Assembly: GCF_902459465.1 (NCBI RefSeq)
Contig: NC_047074.1
Coordinates: forward strand, 12,524,001 to 12,588,000
DNA from: Asterias rubens
Taxonomy: Eukaryota
DNA: 64,000 nt
Reading direction: 5' to 3'
Below, piece after piece: positions 47,822-61,736 of this stretch. The stretch's first letter is position 1; every line of letters starts with the position of its first letter. Position numbers and translations under genes: made by a program. The notes under the pieces were generated by a model. The model did no database searches. It saw only the letters and a list, made by a program, of their open reading frames with translations, and was not told the origin of the DNA.

Positions 47822-50800
47822 AAACGAATGATGATGTGATATAAAAAACACAATCCGTTGTAATGAAATAGCGCCACCAATAGCTTGGAGATCATGAATA
47901 ATTCTTTCCAAAAGGCCACATTGTGGTCGTTTTGTCTCCTCGTCTTTCGAGATTTGAAATGACAAAAATGTCTTTGAAATGTCTTTGGAAATGTTGCAGG
48001 TCATTTTAGATGACAAAAGTGACTGATTTTAACGTGACTTTGAAAGTTTGATGCCTTTTGATTGATGAATCGATTGATGAATTGAACTCGAAGCAAAGTT
48101 CATCACACCATGATCACACAGAGTGATGAACTTCTTCGAGACCTCAAAAAAAAATTGTTTAAGGTCTCGAAATCAAATTCGATGAAACTTACTTCTTGCT
48201 CGAAAACTATTTCAATTCAGAGGAAGCCGTTTCTCCCAATGTTTTTTTTTATACTATCAACCTCTCCCCATTACTCCTTACCAAGTAAGGTTTTGTGCTA
48301 ATAATTACTTTGAGTAATTACCAATTAAGTGGCCATCACTGCCAGGCAGGGGGGGGGGGGGTGGTGAAGAATCAGGGTCATCTATTTATTCTTGGGCGGT
48401 GGTTTAGGTTACATTTTCCTCCCTTTCTCTAGGGTTTCCTCTAAAACTGAAGTCTACAACACTTTCAAGTTCACCAGCTGCTAGCCAAAGGCACTGGGCA
48501 CCTTCACATTATTTTGTTTAATAATAAAATACAAAATCTGTGAACAAATTGACTCAATTGGTCATCGAAGTTAGTGCAAAAGGTGCATTGAGAATGAAGA
48601 CGGAAAACACTTAGAGCAGTAGTCCAAGTCTATATTCTATACCATCCGCCCTTAGTTTAAACAGGACAGTTCTTTTCAGAACTGAGAAGTCTCCCGAACC
48701 CCCATATTATCCGCGGCAGTAAGCAAGACAGTTCTCCAAGAACAAACTCTACCTTGCAAGGAGATACACACACATGGTGTTACATAATTGCGTGTGCTTT
48801 CAGGTGCCCGCTAAATAAAGTGCACCTCCAAAAAACTACCCGTTACTTCAGAGGGAGCCGTTCTCACAATGAGTTATTGTTGGTTACCCAGGTAATGTTT
48901 AATGCTTACTAGATAACCATAATAGATTGTTATACCTCTGTGCAAATTGTGAAGTTTGATTGGTCGAGAACCAATTATGTGACGCGCAACAAAAACGCAT
49001 GTTTACATGGCTCGCGACGCGCCGGGTAACATGAAAAGTGATGTACACCGGGTGTACATCACCTTGATCGTTCCCAGCGTTAGTCGATTTCGCGCTGTGT
49101 ACGTAACAACCGCGGGTTCGAGGAAGTTGTTTCTCGTTCGTCTGCTTATTAAACAATGAATAGTCCGCCGTAATAATGTTTGAATATGACAACAGAACTT
49201 CGAGAAGAGGAATAACAATCACACAAAGGTATAACAAAACAGGGAAAATGGCACCCTCGGCTTCGCCTCGGGTTCCATTTTCCCCCTCGGGTGTACAAAA
49301 CGCCATGGACCCCGTCACAGCGTGCAACAATTTGTATAGTGTTCACTCTTCATAGAGTTAAACATGCCTCACTCAGAATGCATGTTTGTGATGTGGCGTA
49401 TTATGTCACTCGCATGATTCATGTACTAGGTAACAGTAAATCGTGCAAGAAACTTTACCTTCTTTTATTATCTACAAAATATGATTTTCAAAAATAATAT
49501 TGCATCCCGCACGTGGTGCCCTCAATTCAGCAGAGTGCATGAATAAAGTGCACTTATGCACTATAAAATTAAGGCTCATAAAATGACGGCAACCTCCCCC
49601 AACCTGCAACTGTGTAAAACAGGACTAACTCGGGAAATCTCCGCATGATAAAATGAAGAAGAGCGCCACCACACCCCACTTTAATTATTTGATTCGCTCT
49701 GATGGCGCTGCTCATTAGCTCAATGTTTTGTTTTATAGCTTTTTGTATGGTCTGGATAAAAATGAAGAAATAATAAATACTATGTTTTGTACCTGCAAGT
49801 TTCACTATTTATTTATGGTTTCTTCTCAGTATAGCTTTGATTGTTTAGCTAAAACCTAAAACTAAAAGTGAGTTTTACAGTGATCCTTTAGGCCCCTATT
49901 GTGAGCAAGGTCAGGGGGCACATCTTTGATGGCAGGGGGTCTCCTTTCCATGGACGGCCTCTTGTGTGTGACAATAATAATTATAATTATTGTCTAAATA
50001 ATTAATTGTTGTCAATAAATAAAAGTAGGCATATAAGTGCAGTGAAGGGGGGCCGGGCTAACACGGTCTTGGCACCTCCTTTCATGACGAGGGCCACCAA
50101 TTCCTGGCAATTAAAGCTAAAATAAATGTTTCTATCGGAAGTATATTCATTATTAATTCGGAAGAGTCCATATAGGAAGACCAAACCGTTTTTGTCACAC
50201 GGTGCAAAAACAAATCTGAAAGCTTGCGCATTTCCCTTGCAAAATATTTTATTTAATGTTTTAATTAAGAGCCACGAAATTCACTCGAGCTAGATAGAAA
50301 AACGATGTATACCCTGTCCATCACCAACCGCCGTCGATCCTTCCCGGAGGAGGTAGAGGAGGCTTTTGACTAAAAACCAAGCGAACAGAAGTTTGTTGAC
50401 CCCCCTAGATCCAGGTGCCCATCGTCCTTGAAAAAGGTGCTCTTGGAAAATATTACGAAGTATTTTTTGTATGATAAAATCATTTTGCTGTCTTACGAGA
50501 ACATAAGACCATTCCTTAGACAACAGGCACAGCAGCGCCACGAGGTTAGAGCATGGCTCAAAATAATATGCCGACATTTTAGGGGGTGTGTGGGCTGGCA
50601 TAAATGAATGGGGCAAGGCCAACAAACATTATTGAATCGATATGGACCTATGGTAGTATCCACTCCCTGTCAATGCATTCGTGTCCAAGGCAGGTCATAG
50701 TACGTGGTCCCCGGTTTCGAGTTGGGGGTATCGTCAAAACAACAATTTGAAGGGCAAACGACAATAGAGTCAATGGACTTTACAAAAGCATTCATACATT

Positions 50801-50842
50801 ATGATTCACACGTTCTAATAACCGGCTAGTCGGCTGACAGCG

Positions 50843-51244
50843 ATCACGCCATCCCCGTGCGCGTGCTATTATGCTAATCACATTTAAAATGCAAAACTCT
50901 TTGGGGCTTCTCCACCCAACGGCCAATCAGATACCGCGTAGGTTGCGTGATCGCTCATTTACATGTTACTGAACGTGACGTCACTGGTCAGGCGATCCCG
51001 GATAAAACGGGCCATAATGAATCCGGCTGGTTTGTACATGTACATTGTATACATATTCATGTATGTGAGAGCAAGTACCTGCTACACACACACAACGACC
51101 GTTCGATCTTTTGGGTGTTTAAATGGGAATTTCCGAGTAGTGTGTGTACAGTGCATTAACGAAAACAAGGTGAAACCTCCATGGTGAACCCTACTGTCAC
51201 GGTAGCAAACTTTCCACAATCAGGACATCCCCGCGGAGTATAAA
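50843..51244 (+). promoter_or_regulatory. Proximal promoter of the Spot14-family gene: SRE-like, CCAAT, CRE, TATA
   Basis: ATCACGCCAT 50843-50852, GGCCAATCAG 50921-50930, TGACGTCA 50976-50983, TATAAA 51239-51244. Confidence 0.6.
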
Positions 51245-51470
51245 GTGATGAAAACACAAACAGTGGTATCCAGAATTCTTACAACCTCCGAAGAGAGAAC
51301 AGATACGGTGGACTTGTTCAGAAACGTCAGAAACTGAATCTTGCTTTAGCTGTTTAATATATCATCTGGATCTGGGCATCAACGAAGTGATTGCATTTAA
51401 AACATCATTCGAAGTTGAAGTGCATTGCTATTCTGCTAATTGAGAGAAAAGCATATCTACCTACTTCAAA

Positions 51471-52013
51471 ATGGAATTGAGCCTTACAGACAACGAGAGA
51501 ATGTCGACCAGCCGTTCGAACCAATCCATCTTGGGCGTGATGAAGGGCTTCATCGACGCCGTCAATGAGATGGACGAGACGGTACTCATTCCCAGCCTCC
51601 TGATTGACATGCAAGTCGATCCAAACACAGTTGCACTTCCAGAAACAACCACCACAACAACCACCACACGCCCTGAAAAAGACTTCGCCGTCATACCTAC
51701 CAACCAAGACTCTGTTAACCTGCACACTTGTTACTCCATGTTGAAAGCTGTCAAATCGGAGCTAATCCGTGGACCAACTTCAACTTCAGAGGCTGACGAG
51801 GAGGAAGAAATCCCTGCTCTGATCGGGGCAGACAACCGGAGCAGGACCCTCGAGGCAGCAACCGCACGGGCCTTTAGAGAACATTTACTCGGACTTTTCG
51901 GGGTACTCCAACAGCTTACAGACGTTAGCAAGAAACTCACTGGTAAATACCAAGAAGAACTTGGCGACTATCAGTCATGCTTCATCAAACCAAAGTCGTC
52001 ATATCTAATGTAG
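51471..52013 (+). CDS. MID1IP1: Spot14 family protein (THRSP / MID1IP1-like), single coding exon, 180 aa
   Basis: Family motifs present: SILGVMKGFIDAVNEMDETVLIPSLLID, YSMLKAVKSELIRG, FREHLLGLFGVLQQLTDVSKKLTGKYQEE. It is probably a pro-ortholog of both THRSP and MID1IP1. Confidence 0.9.
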   Translation: MELSLTDNERMSTSRSNQSILGVMKGFIDAVNEMDETVLIPSLLIDMQVDPNTVALPETTTTTTTTRPEKDFAVIPTNQDSVNLHTCYSMLKAVKSELIRGPTSTSEADEEEEIPALIGADNRSRTLEAATARAFREHLLGLFGVLQQLTDVSKKLTGKYQEELGDYQSCFIKPKSSYLM

Positions 52014-55000
52014 ATAAAACTATGTTCGTCTTGCTTGAAGAACAATGAGACTATAGTATTAGGTGCAATTGAACGGCTCGGAGTTTTTGTACGTCATCAT
52101 GATATTGTTGCTGGACTACGATTTCTGTTAAAACTGCAGGACAGAATGGTAGCAGATAGCAAGAAACTGACAATTTGTTAAACATTACTGTAAAGTGTAC
52201 GTATAATGATGGAAATACAACTCTGATGTATACAATATTGTTTGTATACATTTGAAATGTTTTGAAATGTTTGAATTATAGTTTATATATTGTGAAGGTT
52301 AACATTGAAATGCACACTTGCCTTCCTCTTTTAATTTAAAATAGTAAGAAAAGTCAAATCAAAATGAAAAAATGCACAATTTCCGGGATAGTTTTGCACT
52401 CGAATGTTTCCTAAATTTCTCTAATTTTGCACCTGGAAAAAAAAATCCATAAGTGAAAACTGGAAAACAATGGAAAGATAAAATATGTACGTATTTCAAA
52501 TTCATTCGATACATTTTGAGAGTCTGACATTGTTTATACTTTTGTAAAAAAAATAATATATTATATTAGATATCTCTAAAAAAATACAACGGTCACAGGG
52601 CCTTAAAAATAAAAAAATGAAAATTTTGTTAAAAATATAACTAAATGGTGTTCCTCTTCAATTTCTTACCATGAAAAGTTGGTGTTATGTTGCAATCAGC
52701 CATCATTGAGAACGGAACAAAATTCATTTGGAAAATTTATACGGGCGATACTTTTTGTTTGTTTTTTTTGTTTAAGTTTTATAATCAATTCTCTGAATAT
52801 TTACTTGACAGTGATTTCGTCTGATCACAGTCGCAGGTATACACCTGTGTCAATTTAATATTAAAAACACTGAACTCTTATTTATATTCATAAACCCAGT
52901 TTGCCTTTACTTTTTGTCACAGCTGTTTTAAAAACACTAAACCTAAATCATTTATGATTAAACTCGTAAAATGTAATTATGAAAAGTAACAGATGGTTTA
53001 AGAATTCACTTTGAATTTGCCTTTACACTTAAAAAGATTAGAACTCGCGGATATCAATCAAGTTTTCTTTTACAAAGGTTAAAAAGAATAATGTATGGTA
53101 TTTTGTCAATTTGGATATACCTTCTTCTCGAGGGGTGGGGCATTTTGCCAACTGTTTATGTACTAAAAATAAACAACACCATTAAACTTTTGTGTTTTGC
53201 AAGTTATTATTATGTATGATAATTATTTGTAAATTTTGAATGTACATGCACCTTCTCAGTGGTGATGGGGCTTTTTGCCAACTGTACTACAAATAAAACA
53301 ACATCAATTGGACTTCTCTGTTTTGCAAATTGGTCGTTTTAAAAGTAGGGTGGATTTTGAAACGTTGCATGGTGGAAATTACTTCTAAAAACCATATAAG
53401 GCTCACGTGGAGCCTTATTATAGTTTCTAGAAGAAAGTGGAAATACGAAAACCTGACCATATTATTTTAATGTACATGTAAAAACAATCCCTGTTCATAT
53501 GCATTACACATTCCACATGCATAAAGAACTTGATGCAGTGAAACAGTGATTCTGTTGTGACAGTTTTTTGTTATCTTTTATTTAATTATTTCGAAATAAA
53601 GTGAACTTCACAACTAAAAGTCATAAGCGGTTGCTGGCTTGCAACGAGTCGAACTCGGTTGCGAAATGTGCATGGATGATATGTGTAGGCGGGGCGTCAT
53701 GGCCGTTGCTATAATAAATCGGAAACTTGCCCATGAACTGAACGCGTGCTGCGAGAGGGAAAACTGTGCTGTGCATGATGCACCGACACGGTCTACTGAG
53801 CTTACTGTTCTGGGCACTCCCTGATGTGAAAAATAAAAATACAATGCGAATTGTGGATGGTTAACTCCCGTAGTCATACAACCTCCATATATCTATAGAG
53901 TTTATAAAATAAAATGATAAAATAGGTATGATGAAATCGGGGCCTGTGAAATGAAACGGAAATAATCCATGTCAAGGTCAGGGTATTGTGACGACCAGTC
54001 CCAGTTGATATTGTGCTAACAATAGTTTTATGATCGGCGTTGTGACGTATTGTGATGTCACTTTTTGAAACAATAATGATAATTGATTAATCTATTAATT
54101 TTGGACCTAGTTAAATTGAAGCCCCAATGTCATGTCAGCACTGGTGCTTACTTGAATTTTCGGAAATACCCACTATCATTTTGTAATACTGAAAGGGGGG
54201 GGGGGGGGGGTCATGACATCCAACTCCTATGCAATGTTTTGGTTATAAATTATTTTTAAGTATCGCGTCAGATAAAGTTTGTTTCTTCTTTTTTGGTGGG
54301 GAGAGGTGTTGTCGAAACATACACGTTCTTATGTTCTATGCGCATCGTTGATACTACCCCCCCATATCAATGATCAATCAATCTCATCTAGCCTGGGTAA
54401 CTTGAAGAATACCAAGTTAAACATTAAATGTTGTCAAAAGAGTTAAAATTTACGTCATTGTATGACGTCAGCGGCATAACCATGGGGGGGGGGGGCGACG
54501 TCACCCACAGAAAACCCAACCATCACACATAAAGCATGCAGCGATCAAGAGTTCCGGCATTCCCGTCTCCAAAAATGACTGAGGGGATGCGGTTTTTCCT
54601 AAATCCCGGATTTCTTTAATCTTTGACACAACACTGGAGTTTGGAGTTGTGAGGTCCGGGTTTCCAGAGGGCCGCGGGTGCCGAACACGACAACATTATA
54701 ATCAGTAAAAGAATTTTACTGATTACAGGAGTTAACCCAACCCAATAAGCCATTTTGAGATATGGTTGAAAGACACGCCAGAGGTTTTGGTGAATTTGTC
54801 TATATACACCCAAAACAAACGGTGCGCTATATAATGTCCACCCCCCCCCATCAAGGCTATTGATGTCTTTCCTCTAATTTTATTGAAAATTGTGTTTAGT
54901 GACAAAAAGGAAGAAAGACAGAAAGCGGCTCAGCTTAATATTAGCGCTTTTTTCAATTGCCGCGTCAATCAAAATAAGCAAACAGCGATTCTAGACTGTG

Positions 55001-58000
55001 GGCTTCAAATGCTACCTGCTTAGTGAATTTGATAGACCCCACAAGGCATTGCCATAATCTACATTGCATTGTGTGACTGCTTGATGCAAATAATTTTGGG
55101 GTAAGCGAACAAAATTTGCCGAGATGGACCCTGGTGGGCACAGTTTCGTATAGCTGGTTAAGCAGAAACCATTGCTTAATTTTCTGCTAAGCAAAACTGT
55201 TCAGGATCATGGCCCAATCCTGTTAAGCAGAAATATACTGCTTGACAAAATTTCTTTGATATGCAAAAAATGAGTCGGCACCAGCAGCCACAACAATGTA
55301 AACTTAATGTTATTTGGCCTGATAACCCGATTCTGCTAAACAATACTATTCTGAGCTTAGCGAGTTTTTGTGCTTCAGGCTTTATGAACTTGAGCCCAGA
55401 TTGTACATGGTATTTTGGCTTCAACCCTATTCTGAGGGCATAATTTGTTCCGTCCGTACGAACATGTTTCGAAAACAATGTCCGACTATTTAAACAATAG
55501 AACAGGCTACCTCGACATGCTTGCGGTCTTTATAATTGGGTTTGTGAAGGACGCAAAGTAATTCTAAAACCGGGAGGAAATTTGACATTAGAAACAATCG
55601 ATGCCTTTCCTTTTGACAATGAAGCGAAGGGCGACTTCACTGAAACGACCCGTGCCCAGACCGCAGAGGAAAGGGTGTGTCCACCCCTCGGAGTGGAAAG
55701 TAATCCAACCCAAGAAAATACTAACAGCAGGGCGTAATTTCATGGAACTGCATCTAAGAGCAACCATACTATGCTTACCAGAATAAATCACGCTTACCAG
55801 AATAAGGTTCAAGCCAAATTAATAATACCATGTCGAATGTACAAATTGTGAAAGTGACGCGGTCGAAAAATCGCAACGTATGCAAGCTCATTAAAAACGT
55901 CGCCACTAAAAATGAACATTGTTTTGTGAAATTCAAATGAACGAACTGAGTTGACAGAATTCCTTCGTGTTGTTGACGCCTGATGCTGATTTTCAGGGCA
56001 AAAATTAATTTTGTTCTCTGGATTTCCATGCGACCACAAATTTCTTCCACAAAGGATTACCCGGAACCTGCCCACGCATTCCACAGCATTCAATTTGTCA
56101 TCTCAAGAATTCCGAAGTTCCGTCCAATGACGTGCACGGATCTTCGTCAAGTCTGATGCCCTGTGTGGAGTGCATGCATGGGACTTTCCCTTCAATTCAA
56201 CCGAAGTGTTAACAATTTTTTCTGTGGCTAATACCATCTCTCCTGAAATTCCGCAGTAACATGACGGTCGAATACAATTTGATGACCCGGAAAACTCTTT
56301 GACCCGTTAGTAACAACTTGTTTGTTTTTGGTAAAGGTCTAAATATCTTTTCGGAGAGGTCGAGACATTTTCTAAAGAAATTCTGGTTTTCCCGGACCTC
56401 GCGAACTCTGCGTAAACAGCGCGGCACACGTTTCGTGGTAATAGGCTTAACCCGGATACGGTATACTCAGCAATGCACAGACCGGACGATTGACTATTAA
56501 TAAAGTTCGCCACAAGTTATTCTTTCTAAAGGCACTGGATACTTTTGGTAATTGCTCAAAATAATTCTTGGAGTAAAAACGTATAATATTTGGAAACGAG
56601 CAATGTGGAGAGCTGTTGACAATGACATTTATTGGTATTTTATTTCAAAAGATATGTGTAAACAAATAAATTTCAAAAATTATTTTGATACTCTTGTTGT
56701 TTTTCTTTTTTAAAAACGGAAATCTGTTAACTCTGACTGTAACTTGTAAGAATATTTTTAAATTCGAAATTCAAGACACAAGACCACTATGCAAAACACC
56801 CGTTGTGCTTATGTTTGTTTACTAGGTACAAAGATCTTGAAATAAAAAGAACAAAATAAGGAGAGAAAAACCAAACAATTAAATAACAGAAACATTATGA
56901 GAAACTGCTCAATCTGAAGTAACATAGTTTTTGAGAAAGAGGTAGTTTCTAACCAAAATATTAAAAGGCTTCAGGCCCGAGGCCTTTGAACAGGCATCTG
57001 AAAGCACACATTCCAATCTGTTCCCCCTTTTCTTTCATAATTTTCTTGAACTTCGATGACCAATTGAGCCCCCAAATATCCACAGATACGGTTATTTCAT
57101 GCCTATGTTGTGGGATACACCAAATGAGAATTAACTGGTCTTTGACAATTTACCAAAGATGTCACCCTCTAAATTTTATATAACTAAAAAAGGCTCCACA
57201 TACAATTCAAATTTGTGAAAATTTCATCGAATTTGGTGGTCATAATATGTTAATAAAAACAACAAATCTAGTTCTTAAATCTAACACGTAAATTGCATGA
57301 CTTCAAACTTAATAGTGTTTTTAACCATGGAGCAAGATTGCTTTATGGTTGGATTTGTTTTAAGTTTAATCGGCCTTGTGGTTCTTCGGACGTCACTCCT
57401 GAGCAAAACAAAACCAGACGACAGCTGTCCAAAATAGACATCAGTAAATAAGTCACTTTCACCTTGGAGTAGATGGTTACGTAACTCCTTCAATATTTCC
57501 CCACTGAGCATCCTTGACGGAACAATCAAGCAATACGAAGATTAAACTGTCCGCTACATCACAGCTTGTGTGCATTAACATACAATGATTGGTATTCAAG
57601 GCACTGGACACCATTGCTGGAAAATAATTCAAAAAAATTGTTAGCATAAAAACTTACTTGGTAACTTAGTATAAACAGTGTGAGGAACGGCTCCCTCTGA
57701 AGTAAGGTAATTTTTGAGAAAGAGGTGTTTCTCATTCAAATAATAAGACTTCAGCCGAAGCCCTTTGCTTAAAAAAACCACAAAGTAGGGTGTTCGATAA
57801 CCATATGAGCCAAAACTTGCACAGGTTTGGTATTATTAATATTTGATACACCAATGTGAGAATCATGGTCTTTGACAATTACCAAACGTGTCCAGTGCCT
57901 CTAATTATTTCACAACATTTCCAAACATCATCAGAAATTCTCAACCGAGCCTTCCACTTTTTGTTGTTTATTGTCATCAAAAACTGGGATTACAACTTTG

Positions 58001-59207
58001 AATTATTGCACCATAGAAAAAATACATTGCAAAACTAAATTAAATTGGTTGTTCTTATTAAAATGCCCGAACACTTCAAACTCATACATATTATATACAC
58101 AATAATTTTAACATTTACATGGTAACAATAATTTTTGTTAGTAAAACAGAAAGATTTATCTTTCAAAGATTATATTTTTGAATACAGCTAAAATCTGAAG
58201 TAATACAACTTAATTGGTAATAGTTTACTTGCTTGACCAATAAAAAACACCCAACAGTATTAGCTGTTTGTCATGCATTATCTGTTTGCATACTATTTGC
58301 TTTCAATAACAATGTTGGAGTAACAAACATGTACATTGGTTCAAATGATGAAAGCCACTTTCCCAACAAAACATCTATCATTTCTCCACAATTAAAGGTT
58401 TGAGACTTGCTAGCCAAGCTGGCGGAAGACAACCAAAAGATGAACACTGCAAAAACTGGGGTGTCAAAATTGACACCATTGGTGTTGCTGGCTATATAGA
58501 TAACCACGATAGAATCAATATTGAGCGTACAAATACCCTCCAATATTATCATTTTTGCAAAAACTAGTGTTGATGTACACATGAAGTTTTACACAATATT
58601 TTCTAAATATTATTGCATTAATTATCAAAAAACCACATATAACATTTAACATATAGACGCAGTAAACAATTAAACATAGATAAACATGATTCACAGGACA
58701 ATACTTTTGTTCCAAAATTTAACTATAACATGTTTGGACAAATACAACAATTAACTATGAACAGTTTCACATGAGGATAGAGTATAACAATGTCTACATA
58801 TCCTACAATAGGCAACTATTTTATGGGAGAAAGGCAGGTTTAACACCACATTTTTTTACAGCACCGACCTTAAATATAAACGGGTACAACCATGATGTGT
58901 AAAGTTGGCTCAAAAAAGAGTTGGTGGTAATCTCAACGTTTTGATCAGTGTACCAGGATAGTTGGTACCTGGGAAAAAGAACAAGGGTAGACCTGCATGT
59001 ACCAAATGGTGTTGACTTTACTGTAAACATTCCAGGCTATTTTAATCACAACTTTCCACCGGAAAAAAAAACAAAAACAGAAATCAGACTTAAGTAGAAT
59101 AAATATCTCCCGGCGTACAGGAGAATCTTTAAAATGTATCATTTTGACCACTTAAACAAAATTCATTAAATGCCTATCGTGGTGAGATCTCTCATGCAGT
59201 TATCTGA

Positions 59208-59350
59208 GGCCGTGTCCGAAACGACGACTTCGGCTACAGCTACGTCTGGATCAGCGCGTCTAGATCAGCGCGTCTACCAGTGTTGAAGAATAGGCAGACG
59301 CGCGCGATCTAGCCGTAGCTGTAGCCGAAGTCGCCGTTTCGGACACGGCC
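59208..59350. mobile_element. Palindromic MITE (GGCCGTGTCCGAAACG termini)
   Basis: Near-perfect long TIRs; second copy at about 17264-17394. Confidence 0.75.
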
Positions 59351-59389
59351 TTACTCTTGCGAGAACACTGGCTCCCAATAACTGCCTAA

Positions 59390-59578
59390 AGCTCGGTTCA
59401 TACTTCCTGCGCATGCGAATGCAATGCGAATTTGATGTAATTTGACGTCGCAACTGTGTTTTCGCAGCAATATTCCAAGAGGGTTGGAACTGTGGGCACC
59501 CCTGCGAATTGTTCGTTGCGAATATGTGACGTCAACATTCGTATCGCATTCGCATTCGCAGCAAGTATGAACCGAGCT
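59390..59578. mobile_element. MITE (AGCTCGGTTCATACTT termini)
   Basis: 16-bp TIRs with internal GCGAATGC/GCATTCGC inverted motifs. Confidence 0.7.
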
Positions 59579-60122
59579 GAAAACGGGGCTGTAGTTTTCG
59601 AGAGCAAAAGTCCTATGGTAGCAGTAGTCTTGTGAGAGTATACTCGCACGACAAACACAGAATGAGTTTTGTCCTTGAGTCTATCCAAGAGAACATGACT
59701 TTCTGAAGACTGCTTATTATTACAGTACACCGCTGATGATATTCAACAGAAAACTTTATATAAAAATACTTTAATCTCATTTTATGGTTCAGAACACAAT
59801 GATCTTTGGTAATTCCTGAAGCATTTTGATCAGGGCTGTATGTATTTGACGTACATACATTGTGCACAGACATACAATAAGACTACCAACAATGGGATTA
59901 ATTCTAGTGTATTTGTACAATGCATTTTTATGATTCATGGTTCTTCAGACCAGACCCAAGGGGCAACTCAACCATTCATTCCAGTCCCCTCAGCTTCGAA
60001 GGTGAGAAACAACAGACCACTCACACTACGTCAGAGACCCAATTTGCATATTGATCATTTGCATATTGATCATTTCCATATTTTAAAACACACACCCGTA
60101 ATGCAAAAGTTTGCATGCACTG

Positions 60123-60362
60123 GACCCAATTTCATAGAGCTTCTAAGCACAGAAGTAAGTTTGCTCAGCATAACAAAATTCTTCCTTGATAAAAACAGGA
60201 TTACCAACCAAATTTCCACGCAACAGGATGAACAAACAACAGCTGATTACCAGTAACAAGCAATGCAACAAATGGAATTTTGGTTGGTAATCCTGTTTTC
60301 ATCAAGGAAGAAATTTTATGCTAAGGAAATGTTTGTTCTTAGCAGCTCTATGAAATTGGGCC
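60123..60362. mobile_element. Harbinger-like MITE copy
   Basis: CTG-GACCCAATTTCATAGAGC ... GCTCTATGAAATTGGGCC-CTG. Confidence 0.8.
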
Positions 60363-61736
60363 CTGGTAGAAAAAACAGCGTTTGGCTTATTTTCCAGCTG
60401 GTAGAACATAACAAACCTTTACTTAACTTATGACACCAATCAATGGCGCAAGTTAAGTGTAATCCACCCTAAGTCCGGTCCTGCATGCCACTGAGCAATT
60501 AAAAAGTCTATTGGATGAAGTATTTTTAGGTTCTTTTGCGGGGAAAACCCAAATCACAGGCAGCATTACCTGTTACAAACAACACTTGATGCTTCACCAC
60601 ACTGTTCACAAGAACAACCAAAACAGGATTTCACGATAACAATAAACCAGGATACCAAGACAAAAGAAACTTTAAAGAATACTTTAGACAAAGTTATTTT
60701 CAGGTAACCCCCAAAAACCTTGAGAAACTAGCCTTTTGTATAGGGCAACGAGAGGGTCCGCCATCAGACCATTCATGGAAGCAACGAAGGCAATTGATTG
60801 CCTGCGTGCCCCCTGTTCATTGCCTTGGTGCCATTGAAATGTTGCAGTAGAAATGTACAATTTCCTAGTAGGTTGCCCTTTCCAAAACAAAGAATACAGG
60901 CCTAAATCAGGCTATCAGGGATAGTAAGGGATAGTAAAAATAACTGACCAATTGACAGTTAGTTCACCTGAGGACCAGTGTAAAGTCTCTCTGAGTGTTC
61001 CATGTTGGAAAAACATTGAACTTAATATAAAGTTACAAAATTAGTTAAACCTTGGAGCACCTCTTTATTTATCATTCTCCACATGGGGTCAGGCAGAAAC
61101 AGTGACCAGTCAATTAGTTATGGGTTAAGATCCAAAAACAGATTTGAAGAACTCTTTAAATAGCAACGAATGCCATTCTAAGGTTTTGAATGACGCACTT
61201 ATTAATGCTTATAAATGGCAATGAAGAAGTATAGCTAGCCTTTGCGTGCAAACTGTTCTTAAATAATGACAGTTTGATGTTTACGAAACCTTACAGAAAA
61301 TAATGACCTATTGTTGTGTTTATTTGTCAAGATATCCTCTATCTTACTGTATTGTAATGTTGGGTTGTCTATTCGCCTTCAAGAAAGACTCTGCTAGGGT
61401 CCAAACATCTGGCCTTAAACTATTTTTGTGCATCATGGACTTCTTACAAATTATATAAGGGTGTCAAAACAATGCACTATACTTGTTGCATAAAGACCTG
61501 CAACAATACCCGTTTACAAAACAGCCACAGAGCCCGTAATTTTTGCAGACACAAATTGTACACATTTCAATGGAATACACAAATAAAAATGTTATGGAAA
61601 TTGCACATCACACAATTATTTTTATCAATATTTGATTAAAAAAAGGGGACAATTCTCAAAAATTTGTTCAGCTGTTAATTTGTAAAACTATTATTGTTAA
61701 AAGAAGAAAATTGGGCTCGGTTCTCATACTTGCATT

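Noticed and set aside
48899-49346. 143-aa minus-strand ORF
   Set aside because: It overlaps repeat-like sequence with short palindromes (GTGATGTACACCGGGTGTACATCAC, CCCTCGGCTTCGCCTCGGG) and has no domain signal.
50290-50625. 111-aa minus-strand ORF between EPSTI1-like and Spot14
   Set aside because: No homology recognised in any frame and no supporting exon chain.
51405-51940. Antisense ORFs over the Spot14 gene
   Set aside because: These are shadows of the real plus-strand CDS.
5988-54495. Poly-G/poly-C runs (e.g. 5988-6004, 6708-6721, 18399-18412, 18495-18512, 45009-45030, 48348-48361, 54196-54210)
   Set aside because: They have G-quadruplex potential but are scattered without positional pattern; treated as simple repeats of uncertain assembled length.
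55773-55805. Duplicated CTG|GTAAGC donor-like motif 19 bp apart
   Set aside because: It appears to be internal sequence of the GGCCYAATTTCAT MITE family, not linked to an identified exon.
57281-58582. 82-aa and 103-aa minus-strand ORFs as a possible hidden gene
   Set aside because: No phase-consistent exon chain or known motif. The 58-59 kb part reads like a T-rich 3' UTR of the NT5DC gene.
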